From Nemertoderma westbladi (lineage: Eukaryota; Animalia; Xenacoelomorpha), in the NCBI GenBank assembly GCA_032718475.1, contig JAUCBJ010000395.1, forward strand, positions 1 to 38,434: a DNA stretch of 38,434 nt, written 5' to 3'. Position 1 is the stretch's first letter. The number at the start of each line of letters is the position of its first letter. This document shows positions 11,745 through 23,380 of this stretch, piece after piece. The translations under genes and the position numbers were made by a program. Below the pieces are notes generated by a model. The model was not told the DNA's origin. It ran no database searches and saw nothing but the letters and a program-made list of their open reading frames with translations.

Positions 11745-12330
11745 TTGTTCAGATAATTGTAGGCTGGACTGTTGTCGGACTGTTGTTGGGTCTGGAGAGA
11801 TTGCGGCGTGTGTAGAGTCTGTCCGATAAAGTGCCAGTTAGTAAGTTGGGGCATCTTGAGTTGTAAGGTCAACCCCCTCCTAAAGAATAAGTCGTACTAC
11901 CGTGTTAGAACGCATACTAACTAACCATTTTGGAATCTGCATATACTGTAGTTTATTTAGGCTTGATAGTAGTCTACCAGCGTTTTAGCCTGTGTTTGTT
12001 TGTGTGGTCTGTTCAGGTACCGTAATAGTTATTACTCAGATATTTTGTAGGCTGGATTGTTGTCTGGCTGTTGTTGGGTCTGGAGAGATTGCGGCGTGTG
12101 TAGAGTCTGTCCGATAAAGTGCCAGTTAGTAAGTTGGGGCATCTTGAGTTGTAAGGTCAACCCCCTCCTAAAGAATAAGTCGTACTACCGTGTTAGAACG
12201 CATACTAACTAACCATTTTGGAATCTGCACATACTGTAGTTTATTTAGGCTTGATGGTAGTCTGCCAGCGTTTGGTTTGTATTTTGTTTGAGTATTCTGT
12301 ACGGGTAGCGTAATATTTATTATTCAGAGT
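11745..12330. repeat. 288-bp tandem duplication in the element leader
   Basis: tgttgttgggtctggagagattgcggcg... at 11781 recurs at 12069; ~200-bp core nearly identical, edges diverged. Confidence 0.85.
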
Positions 12331-13630
12331 TTATGCGATTATTCGCAACATTCATGTCCCCAAGTTTATTCCTACAGTAATTGTGCTTGTTACACATACC
12401 GTTATAGTTAAATTAACCCCGGTACTACACGGGCTGCTTGGCGTAGGTAAAGACTGGTGACTTTGTGCTCCGGTCACTCCAGCAGATGCCGTGGTTCTTT
12501 TAACTGTTCAAGTATATTTAACTGCTAGTTATCTGTTTTTAATAAGTACTTGTACCTAATTTAGGGTTTGGTGTACAGTGCTTTCCGAAAGTAATTAGTG
12601 TGTAGGCAGTGTATTGTGTTGTAAAGTGGTTAATAGGCACGTTGGATCTGGTAGTCCGCGGTAATTAACTTCCAGGTAGGAACACTCCGTGATACATAAC
12701 GTAGTACCTATAGCGATACGGCTATAGGTCGTCAGACGGTGGTATTTTTCCTATCTGGACAGCGCAACATATTTACTACTACTTATTATTTTCAAATACC
12801 GTAGTACCCTGTCCGTTGTAATAACCAGAATTCTAACCCTTTGTTAGGCTGGTTTGTAGACTTCCTGTAAAATTACCCTAAAATTTCGTACGTAATATTT
12901 TTGTTGTGTTTAGTTAGAGAATTAATCTCACCAGTATCGTAAGTAATTCGTAGATAAGTAACTTAGGAAGTAGAATTATCTGTTTTAGTGTCCAATAAGT
13001 AGCACTTCACTGAGAGCGCACAGCTTCTGTGTAGTGATTATTTCCCAGAAATAGTAACATCTATTTCAATATTGTAACAAAACCCCTCATACGGGTATAT
13101 ACATATATATATATCTATTATAAATCAACTCAAAGGTTTATAAGCGAGTAGGCCTGTCATACAACAACTAGGTCTCAATATCAGTTGGACTACTGCTTAA
13201 ATAACGGTAATAAAGTAAGTTAAAGTAACCAAGTAACCCTAAAATTTCAGAAATTCAATTATTCTAAAATAATTGACATACCGGTATTTACCATAGGCTT
13301 ATTATATTTATTTCTATAAATTTGGGCTGAAATCATACCGGTATTCTGTAATTAATTCTAGTTCATAATTATACTTATATATACTATAAGTGTAAGCTGC
13401 ATACCGGTATTCACGATAGGCCTATTATATATTTATATATATTTGTGCTAAAATTATATACCGGTATTCTGCGACAAACCTAGTCTACAATACTTATATA
13501 TACTATAAGTGTATACCGGTATTCTAATATACTGTAATAAATTACCGGTACTAGGCCAACGGTCATACTGAATTACTAGACTTGCTTTAACTGTAACTAT
13601 AGCAGTAAGCATTCAACTGTATAGCTAAGC

Positions 13631-16600
13631 ATGTCTGACACTAAGCAAAACCTGTCAGACAGTCTAATCGATACAACCATCTGTGACACAGATAGGAGTG
13701 TGGAGCGATTAAGAAAAGGGTTCAGCTCACCTCCTACTGAAAGAAAGGTCATCCCTCCAGTAGTAGTATCAGACCCTAGGCTAATCCAACACCGTAGGTC
13801 TATCATCGGCACTCGGGCCCAGGTCAAACGGAACCAAGAAGCAGCTGTCCAACAGCAGCAACATCCTAGTCAAGAAACTCGTTCCCAGCGACCCGATAGC
13901 TCCAGTAGTTCGGATACTGTAGAGCTGACCCCCGAACGCGGAGTGAAGATGGCGGATACAGCCTATTCGGATCCCCTTCTCACTCTTCCTGCCGCAGTAC
14001 TAACAACGATATTGATTGCGGTGGAGGAACACCAAGTCGATTGGGCGAGAAGTAAGCGAGCGACCCAAGATAGTTATGCGGGATACGCGGAGCGAGTACC
14101 GGAAGGAACACCAGTAACTGAGAGAACGTATTACTTAACACATCATTATGTTCCCAAACCCGGTAAACCCCATGAAGTACGAGTCGTATTCGATGGCTCC
14201 GCTCTATATATGGGCCAATCCCTCAATTCCGAGTTGTTACCAGGACCCAACTTACTCCAATCTTTGTTGGGAATACTTTTAAGATTAAGACAATATTCCA
14301 TCGCGTTCGCCTCCGATATAGAAGGAATGTTCTTACAAGTCAAGGCGCTGGATAGAGATAGAGACAGCCTAAGATTTCTGTGGTGGCCTGAAGGAGATCT
14401 CAACCAGAAACCGGTAGAGTATTGGATGACCATCCAGGCTTTTGGGATCATATCAAGCCCTTCCAATGCCTGCTCCGTGGTGCGGACCACTGCGAATGAC
14501 AACCGAGACGCCTTCTCCAAAGAGGTGATAGACAACATCAAGCGCGATATATACATGGACGACAATTTAAAGTCCCTTCCATCAGTAGAAGAAGCCATTG
14601 ATGTCGCAAAAGGAATGGTAGAGTGTTTGAAAAGAGGTGGATTTCGACTGACGAAATTCACCAGCAACTCCCGTGAGTTTCTGGAAGCGATACCGGTAGA
14701 AGACCGAGGAACGAAAGACCTAGACTTAATAAAGGACGATCTTCCAGAAACCAAGACGCTTGGCTTGAAGTGGGACACAGAAAGAGATATCCTGTTTTTT
14801 CAGCTAAAACAGCGAGATAATCCAGTTCGGACCAAACGGATTTGTTTAAGTATCCTGAGCACTTATTTCGACCCATTGGGATTTATTAGCCCAGTTATAT
14901 TGATTGCTCGGAGTTTAGTACAACAAATGTGGCTTGAAAACCACTCATGGGACGATCCACTTAAGGGAGAACTGTTAAAGAGGTGGATGAAATGGGAAGA
15001 TTCTCTACCTGCCATCGAGAGCTTTGTAATTTCCCGTGCATATTTTGGTCATGTTCTCCCTACGTATTCCTATCAACTCCATGTGTTTGGAGACGCCAGC
15101 GACATGGGAATAGGTATAGTAGCATATCTGCGAGTCGAAACTCCGGATGGAATCAAAGTCGCCTTGGTTACCTCTAAGGCATTGATTAACAACAAGTTAA
15201 AGGTTCCTCGAGCGGAGTTAAAAGCGGCTTTATACGCTACAGCCATCGGCCGGAACGTAACAGAACAAATCGACTATCCACTGGAGAAAACTGTTTATTG
15301 GACCGACGCTTTACTCGTGTTGGAGTATATAACCAATGAAGTCTGTCAGTTCAGCGTTTTTGTTACTAACAGGGTAGCTATTATTCTTAGTCGCACAAAG
15401 ATAGATCAATGGAGACATTGCCCTGGTACGATTAATCCAGCCGATATCGCCTCCAGGGGAGCGACTCCACAGGAACTGATAGATACTCCAGACTGGTTGG
15501 GTGGACCCGACTTCCTGAGTAAGGAAGAGGATGAATGGCCTCCTCACCTTACTACGGCGGAGATTAGACAAGCCAAGGGAGCGGAGAAAGTCAAACCTAA
15601 AACCTGGGCGAGTAAATCGAAGTTATTTAAACCGACGATCGATCTATCTGTATTACATACTTCCGGAAACGATGCTTCGGATCCACAATCCCTCGCCACA
15701 AATAAGTCTGTTGTGGAAATTAGAGATAGAGATTGGAAATCTGGAATACCAGACGTCTCGCAAGGAATCTCACCCCTGCTGCAGAGAGCAATGCATCACT
15801 ACAGTTCCTGGAATCGGCTCTGTAAAGCCGTCACATATTTAAGGAGATGTTTTCATCATCACTACTCCAGGACGAAGACCATTAGTGATACCGCTCCATT
15901 GACATCTGCGCAAGTTCATGTTATTAAAAATTTACCCAAATATAAGACATCCGACCGGTTCCTAAAGGAGAAAATCAGTTACCAGGAGCATGAAGAAACC
16001 AATAAGCAGATACTGAGACTCCTGCAATGCTATGAGGATTCCAATAAGTATTTCCTGTTGTTGAGAAATCCGCAGATGCGCTTAAGGGATCGCTTCTCTA
16101 GCACAATGATAGATGGGTTAATACGTGTTGGAGGAAGACTCACCAATGCGCCATTATCCTTTGACACTAAATTCCCCATACTCATTAGAAATCTTGAAGT
16201 ACAAATCAAGATGATTGTAGATGTTCACAGTAAACTTTATCATGCTGGTAGAGAACGAGTTCTTAGCGAAATCCGAACTCGCTATTATTTTTATAAACCC
16301 CGTAGAGCTCTGAACCAAGTTCTTAGGAACTGCATACCCTGTAGGAAAGCATTCAGTAGGCCTTTAACACAGTGAGAGGCAGAATTACCTAGGGAACGAG
16401 TAAGCTTCTATGAACCACCTTTTACTAATACTGGTGTAGATTTATTTGGCCCTATTGAAGTATATCGTGCTAGGACTATAGTCAAGAGATGGTGTGTCAT
16501 CTTCGTATGCATGACTTGTAGAGCCATCCATCTCGATATGGTGAACGATCTGTCTACCAACAGCTTCGTCTTAAGTTTACGCCGACAGATCGCTCGCTTC

Positions 16601-17437
16601 GGGACTAGTAATACCATGAGATCGGATAAGGGAATGAACTTCATTGGTGCCAACAACGAAATCCAGGCTTACGTGAAGGACTGGAACCAAAGACAGGTGG
16701 ACGATCAGCTAAGGATAACAGCATCTAGCTGGACCTTCAACGCCGCCGACGCCCCTTGGTGGGGAGGAAGTTGGGAGAGATTAATTAGAAGTGTCAAGAC
16801 CGCATTTCACTTTATAGTGCCATGCCGCGCGTATCTCACCGACGAACTTTTGCAGACGTTAATGGAGGAAATAGCTGCCTATCTCAACGAGAGACCGCTT
16901 ATGCCAGTCTCATCGAGTCCCGATTCCCTGGAAGCGCTAACACCCGCGCACTTTCTACTGAAGAAACCTGTAGCCATGCTCCCACGATCGGAGATTGCCG
17001 ACGGAGACGAATACTGCCGTCGAACTTGGCAACTTATGCAGTTGCTATCCCGTCGTTTCGCTGACCATTTCGAGAAACATTATCTGCCCACGCTACAACT
17101 TCGAACTAAGTGGTTTGCGCAGCAAGAAAACGTCAGCGCCGGAGATATGGTGCTTATTGTAGATTCAGACCTTCCACGTAAACGGTGGCAGACAGGTCGT
17201 ATCATCGAGACTCACATCTCGGATGATGGTTTAGTGCGCTCGGTAGAACTCGTCGTCATGCGGCGTAACTTCAAGAAGCCAGGCATAATCTTTGAGACGC
17301 AACAGCTCAACCGCCCAGTTGGTCGTTTATGTTTACTGGAAAGAGACCGAGAACTCTCCGGAAACTATGGAAGGCAAGACACTCTTCCCACGACCACCTC
17401 CCTAATTCCTCAAACATCTAGGGACTCCCCAACGTGA
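13631..17437 (+). pseudogene. pol: BEL/Pao pol (short gag N-terminus fused to RT, RNase H/Pao A17 region, integrase, C-terminal DUF5641-like region), one in-frame TGA at 16373-16375
   Basis: VRVVFDGSA...SLNSELLPGPNLL, SDIEGMFLQV, YMDD; LHVFGDAS, PRAELKAA, YWTD, NPADIASRG; integrase HHCC (HSKLYH...CIPC) and D-D-E (GVDLFGP, RSDKG, WERLIRSVK). ORFs 13631-16375 and 16511-17437 share one frame. Confidence 0.95.
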
Positions 17438-19056
17438 TACGTCTGGAGTGGGTGCATGACTATATTATTCTATCTATTTTTATTATTTTTATATGCGAAC
17501 GTTATTATGTATTTTATTATAATCGTTTTATTTAATTTTATTTAGTAGAATGTTATTTTAGATTATTTAGTAGGTTAGTGCAATATATTAGTGTTTATTA
17601 CGTAATTACACATAATATATATTTAATATGATGGCGAGAAATAATTCTTTCTTTTTCCTTACTGTCCGTATTATATTATAAATACGAGACTACATGTAAG
17701 ATGACATGTCAATACTTATTAAAGTACAATAAAGCTCCTACTATATTTAAGTATTATTGGTAGGCAGAGTATTAGGAATGCAAAGTTCAGATCCTCGTGT
17801 CTCGGCTAAACCAAGCTCTGGGTAGACCTTGGAAACGACTTGCCTCTTCACACTGACATTGCTTCGTGCGATATTGCTCTTCTACTTTATATTAAATAAT
17901 ACATATAGTAGCGTGATGTCCCTATAACAGTAGCGTAAAACGCAAATAAATCTGTTAAACCTTTTGACCATCTGTAATTTTAGTCGATTAAGATATCGCG
18001 GCACCCACCGATATACTTGAAAGACAAATTCTAGAATCAGTGGTTAACGTCCCCAGACAAGTTCTGGAATAAATCGGTGCCTATCTTAAATATTAATGTA
18101 ATATTTATTAAAATCTGTAAAATACAGATCCTTTAAAATTTCTAATCAATTAAGATATCGCAGCACTTACCGATATTCTTAAAAGACAATTTTATAGAAT
18201 TAAGGATCCTAGGTCCCCAGACATGCTCTGGAATAAAATTGTGTCAATTTTACCATCAAATAATAAAATTCACGGGAATAAATTTAAATTCATATCTTAA
18301 ATGAATTTCATAAATTGTCATTTTGTGCAATTTATAACATTCCCAAAATTCCATTAATTAATAGATCATGGGAGCGGAGATTCATCCTATTGAGCGTATT
18401 AGAGTACGAGAATCTCCAACATATAGTCAATAGCCGATAAAATTAATAAAATCATGCATAAAGAGGATATTGACAATTAAAGAATTACTATTAAATAGCA
18501 TTCCAGATCTGTATGCATGAGAATTACCCTAATTCTACCGCTAGCTTTCCATAATGTCACCATAGCAACACCCACGCTAGAATTAGAAGCAAGTTAAAAG
18601 AACAATAGAAAGCTTGTCCCATTGCATAGCATAGAGAATACATAGCACACGGTTAGTATCCAAGGATACACAGTAATAACGTGACATTCTGGAAGGCACT
18701 GACTAACGGACAAATGGCCTGTATGTGTACAATTGGAGACAGTTGTGTGGAATTTGTGCGTTTATAGGTGAATGTTACTGCTAAAGTGTGTTTACAGTAG
18801 CTAGTCGCAATTGTGAAAGTAACCCTAACTCTACTATAGAAAGAACCTAAAGTGGATTCAAGCCTTTGGGACGGACAGTGGAGTGACTTGTGCCGGTTAT
18901 CGTTGTCGTGCTGTTGCTACATGTTGGCGTAAACACCGCGACAATGGTACATCGGCGCTGAGAATCCCACTGTCCGGGGGCAAAGAAAGGTAGGCAGCAA
19001 CGCCCGCTCGCCTAAACATAAACTCATTATAATATTAATAAACCCAAATAGCAGAT

Positions 19057-22000
19057 ATGACGGAGTTGATAGAAGATGATCTTGGTATCAGGGAGCGATA
19101 TACTCTACCTTTACAAGCATTTGTGGATAGCTTGATACGCGGTGAAGCCGATCCAACCATTACGGAGGACGATGGTCGTTATATCGAACCGCCGATGTCC
19201 CAAGAGCAACTTACGCGTGAATTGGACTATCGAAAATTCACCGCTCGCTATACGCATCGTAATGGTACGTATATGGACTTCTTAACTACCGGCCATCCTA
19301 TCGATTTACATGATACGGACGATGTAGACACCGAAAGGGAAATGGTTCTATTTAAATATCATACCCAGTGGAGTCGTAACGATAAACCGAGAATAGAACA
19401 CGAAAATTCTATTCGCAACAGACTGGAAAGAGAAAACGTTGAAGAACCGGATAAACGCATCGACTTCAACGACTACCTGGAATTTTTGAGAGAAACCTAT
19501 CTCAACATCGCCAGTCAGCAGAACCTAGAGACTAGCTATCCTCAAGGTATACATCATGACCCTATGGTAGAACTCAAACGGCTCTATTTCACTATGATGT
19601 ATCTTACCGCCGATCGTCCACTACCTGTTATCCCGGATAGTTTTGAACAAATGGAAGAATATTGCAAAACTGGAGAACGATCACCCGCGTTTCCTCTACA
19701 GGACGTACTTATTATTGTGACGAATGCCCTAGACCCAACCAACAAACTGAAAGACATAAACATCCGCGGAGACGTTGCGCTAAACACAGCTTTACGCGTT
19801 ATACTTACGGGAGTTTCGAGCGAAACCTGTTCGATGTATCACCTACGATCGCTCGTCTTAAACGATCACTAAATAAACCTATGATCAGAGTTCCGGAATA
19901 CTCGGTCAGGCCTCCTCATTCCCTAGTGAGACCTCAAACTCTTGATCCTAACAGTATCACTGATCCTCCCGAACTATATTCCCTGTTCAAAGATTTAGTG
20001 TTACCCGAACGATTAATCGGTGGTGCTCCGGTAGTGGGTTCGTTAGACATTCGCCCATCCTACTTAGCCGGATTGGGACGCGGGCATCTAATATCACCAT
20101 TTGATCCTTACAATCGTCCAGGATTAAACCCAATGCAACCCGCCACGGAAGTCGAGGAGAGCGTTATAAGAAACGCTTTAGACGCTATTCGACAGAAGAT
20201 CGGAAAGGGAACACAAGATTGTTTAGAGAAACGTAAATTACAACAACAAGTCCAATCGGTGAAGGAGTTAGCCTTGCCACAGTTCGATAGAGAAATCCAA
20301 AACCTCGAGGAGGACATCGAGCTTGGACGCACGTATTCTCTACAAGAGTTTCTAGATGAATGCTTACAGAGACAAGCGGAGGAAAATCTACTCGAGGAGA
20401 AACACACTAAATTGGACGAGAGAGAAGAAGCCGCTTTAGCCCAACCCGAAGCTCAAATCCTTATGACAGATCTCTACTCTAAAACCATCCGTCATCCCTC
20501 GATGGTTCCACATTTCGGAGACAAACTCTTCGCGACGATACAACCCCAACCGGTTGATATCAGTACAGGATCGCAAAATCTTATCGCTGACACCCCTATG
20601 TTACAGCGTCCGCCAATCGAGGCTGCTCGTGTTGACGGTATACTCGTTGAACCTCCGGACAATCGAGCGGATCTTGTCCGTCGTATGGTACACGATGTCA
20701 ACATACGCGCTAGACCTTTACAGAACTCGTTTTATGGGATCAAAGACCACCCTTATTACGTTAATCTGACTCAATATTATATGGTAAAACCAGAAGACCC
20801 GACGCATAATTTAAAGTTTCTACCACTAATAAATCCTCTAGACGTTGTCGAACTCGAACAATTGCAGAAACATCTGGATCAGTTAGTAAAGGTAAACTCA
20901 TTCAGAAAACCATATAACATTTCTCGAATCGAGAAGGATATAGAACCTCCTTATAATCTCGATGGATTTATTAAAACTCGATTAGTCCATTGGAATCTAG
21001 ATGTATTATTTGAAGAAGAGAAAATACAAAGATATGGAAATGTGGAGACGTATACCACTCGGTACATGAAGTATAGTGATCTCCCTGACGCCAACCAATG
21101 CGCCACCTTGTGGCATCCAGTAGGGATGACCCTAGAGAACGCCACCAAAGAGTGGAATGAAACTCTTAATGTCATTGAGATGTATGGAGTTGTCACCTAC
21201 GATAATGAAGGTAGCGTTCCGGTCGGAGAACTAGGAACTACGCGCATGATCCACATACGCGGATTAGCTGGTTCTACCCACGTGTTTACTCGAGCGTGTT
21301 CCGACGTGATTGATTATTCCTTTGAAACTCTCACCGAAACGCAAAAGAATCTCCGACATGGACAATTCGAACTCGCGCAGCGTTACGTCATTGACACCGA
21401 ACGCAAACCGGCCATGGGTATCGATGGATCGATGTTACCCCAGCCCGTACTCGAGATGTTGTTCAACGAAAGAATCCTTAAAATCGGCTCAGCTGTTTAT
21501 GGAGATCTCCAAAACGACTTTCGGAATATGGAAAATATCCCATATCCTTTCGTGGATACGCAGCTGATTGCTCCCTGGGCAGAAGGTCGAGGTTTCTTTC
21601 GCACCATGTATGCTAATACGTCCAGCAACATTACAAAGGTGCAATGAACTTCCATCGGACATCTTGCCTTTCAGGAATACGGATGGAATTTCAAAGTCGG
21701 AAATCCCATCAACTATCAACAAGTATACGGAGACCATTATTCTCGATTATACTTTGATGGACCATTGACCGCACCTGGCGCCGTGAATAGCTTCATGAGT
21801 GTTCCACTCCGTCCCTCCTTAGCTATCTACACGATCTTTGAAAACACCGCACTTTCCGGTTGGCTACCCGATGTGTGCAGTCGCACTATACGCGCCCATC
21901 CATTAATACTTGGGACCAAACTCGCTAAGCTAGATGAACATAATAAATTCATCCGCTTCGAATGTTTTCGGCGATTTTTAACCCCGTTCCGCAACGTGGA

Positions 22001-23303
22001 TAGCCAATTTAAAGACCGCGCTTTGACCAAGCTCAGCCTAAGAAACTCAGCTGCAGAGAAGTTAGATAGCGCTGGATTTGCCATTTTCAAAGAGATTTGT
22101 ATATCGAACTTGCACTCCTCTGTTATACAAAGACCTCGAATCCCCACAGGTTATTCTGTCGTGGAAATTCAGACAATAGGTCCACTTGAAGAGACAGACA
22201 TGCCCACCTCAGCTATGCACTGGGAAGACGAACCAATATGCCTAGAATCTGAGGAGATTCAGCCTATCGCGCCCCGGAACAGCGACAACGATTACATCCT
22301 AGAATGGTATCAAGGTCCACAGTGTCTCACTGCGTACGATTATCACCATGCCAACTATGTTTCTCGGCAACGTTGTCGGTTATGCGCATCGAGAGACCAT
22401 GTTACGCCCATGGACACAAACGTCCGCTGTTCCTATTTCCACGAACAACCGGCGATGGAAATTTATTGCGCATATTGCAGACTCAATAACTTGCATATTT
22501 TTGCGGTTTGCCCTCAATTTATGACTCAATGTCACCATTGTCAACTAAAGGGACACGCCAGTTTCGATTGCCCTTTTAATCACGATTTGGAAAGCGTAGA
22601 TGAAATGATCACACTACGTTACATCAGAGCTTGGGAAGCGAACGCTGATTTACATTGTGATTCGCGCCATCGCTATTATCCTGGACGCGCTTACGAAGGA
22701 GTTTATGCGTTCCATCCTTATCTATTCGCTTCTGTCGAACAGAAATCACGCATATCGAGTTACGAACTACTGAAGCGCGTCGGAGAATGTATTTCAACCA
22801 AATTCGTACGCAAATTTCTCAGGAGTGTTAATCCTAGCGACCTTCATTCCTATAACTTAATCAATTTTATCCATCAGGATCCGGACTATGGAGACTTATT
22901 TGTTAACTCACGCCCCGAGTTACAAGAAGTATATCGACGGCCTTACGAATACCGAGCCCACGAACGCGAGTTGGAAAGAACCATTAAACCCAGGAAGTTC
23001 CTGACTGCCTATGGTCCACCCACGGCTCTCATTCAGACCACTCGTAAAGGACCCGTAAGAGCGGCCGTCCTAAAACGCGCTCTAAAGGCCGTTAGACCCC
23101 TCTCCCCCGACGTTGATGTCAACCAACCCGGCACTTCGACCGGCGGATACACCGACCATAATCCTACACCCTCTGATGAAATCATATTGCACCCTTCACC
23201 CAGGAGTTATAGCCCTCCTTGTAAAGTGGCTCGCCCCAAAGAGAAAAGGACTCTGGCCAGCTTTAAAAAACTGTGTAAACGCCATCCGCGCAAGAAAGAC
23301 TAA
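19057..23303 (+). CDS. Retrotransposon-borne extra ORF (~1415 codons when repaired): unknown N-terminus, coiled coil, DEDDy 3'-5' exonuclease-like domain, three zinc knuckles, basic tail; one frameshift (~19800-19815) and one TGA (21645-21647)
   Basis: ORFs 19662-21647 and 21765-23303 are in the same frame with only one TGA between them; 19057-19872 overlaps in another frame. ExoI VVTYDNEG, ExoII LPQPVLEMLFNERILKIGSAVYGD...FVDTQ, SIGHLAFQEYG, ExoIII-like PLRPSLAIYTIFE; CRLC..H..C, CAYC-x5-H-x4-C, CHHC-x4-H-x4-C. Confidence 0.8.
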
Positions 23304-23380
23304 CTGTTTAGAGTATTTACGTATATTAGAAACTGTGATTTTGTATATTTATAGACTTGAATCCCATTTTCTGGGAGCGG

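Noticed and set aside
14146-14778. 210-aa antisense ORF in pol (and 27961-28440 in the LINE)
   Set aside because: Typical antisense shadows of long coding frames with no independent motifs.
18941-18968. ACA-A-TGGTACATCGGCGCTGAGAATC as the PBS of a nested LTR element
   Set aside because: Only weak resemblance to a tRNA 3' complement, and no paired LTR or TSD was found around it.
19057-23303. Extra ORF as a retroviral-like env gene
   Set aside because: No signal peptide, fusion peptide or transmembrane anchor is visible; nuclease and zinc-knuckle motifs are present instead.
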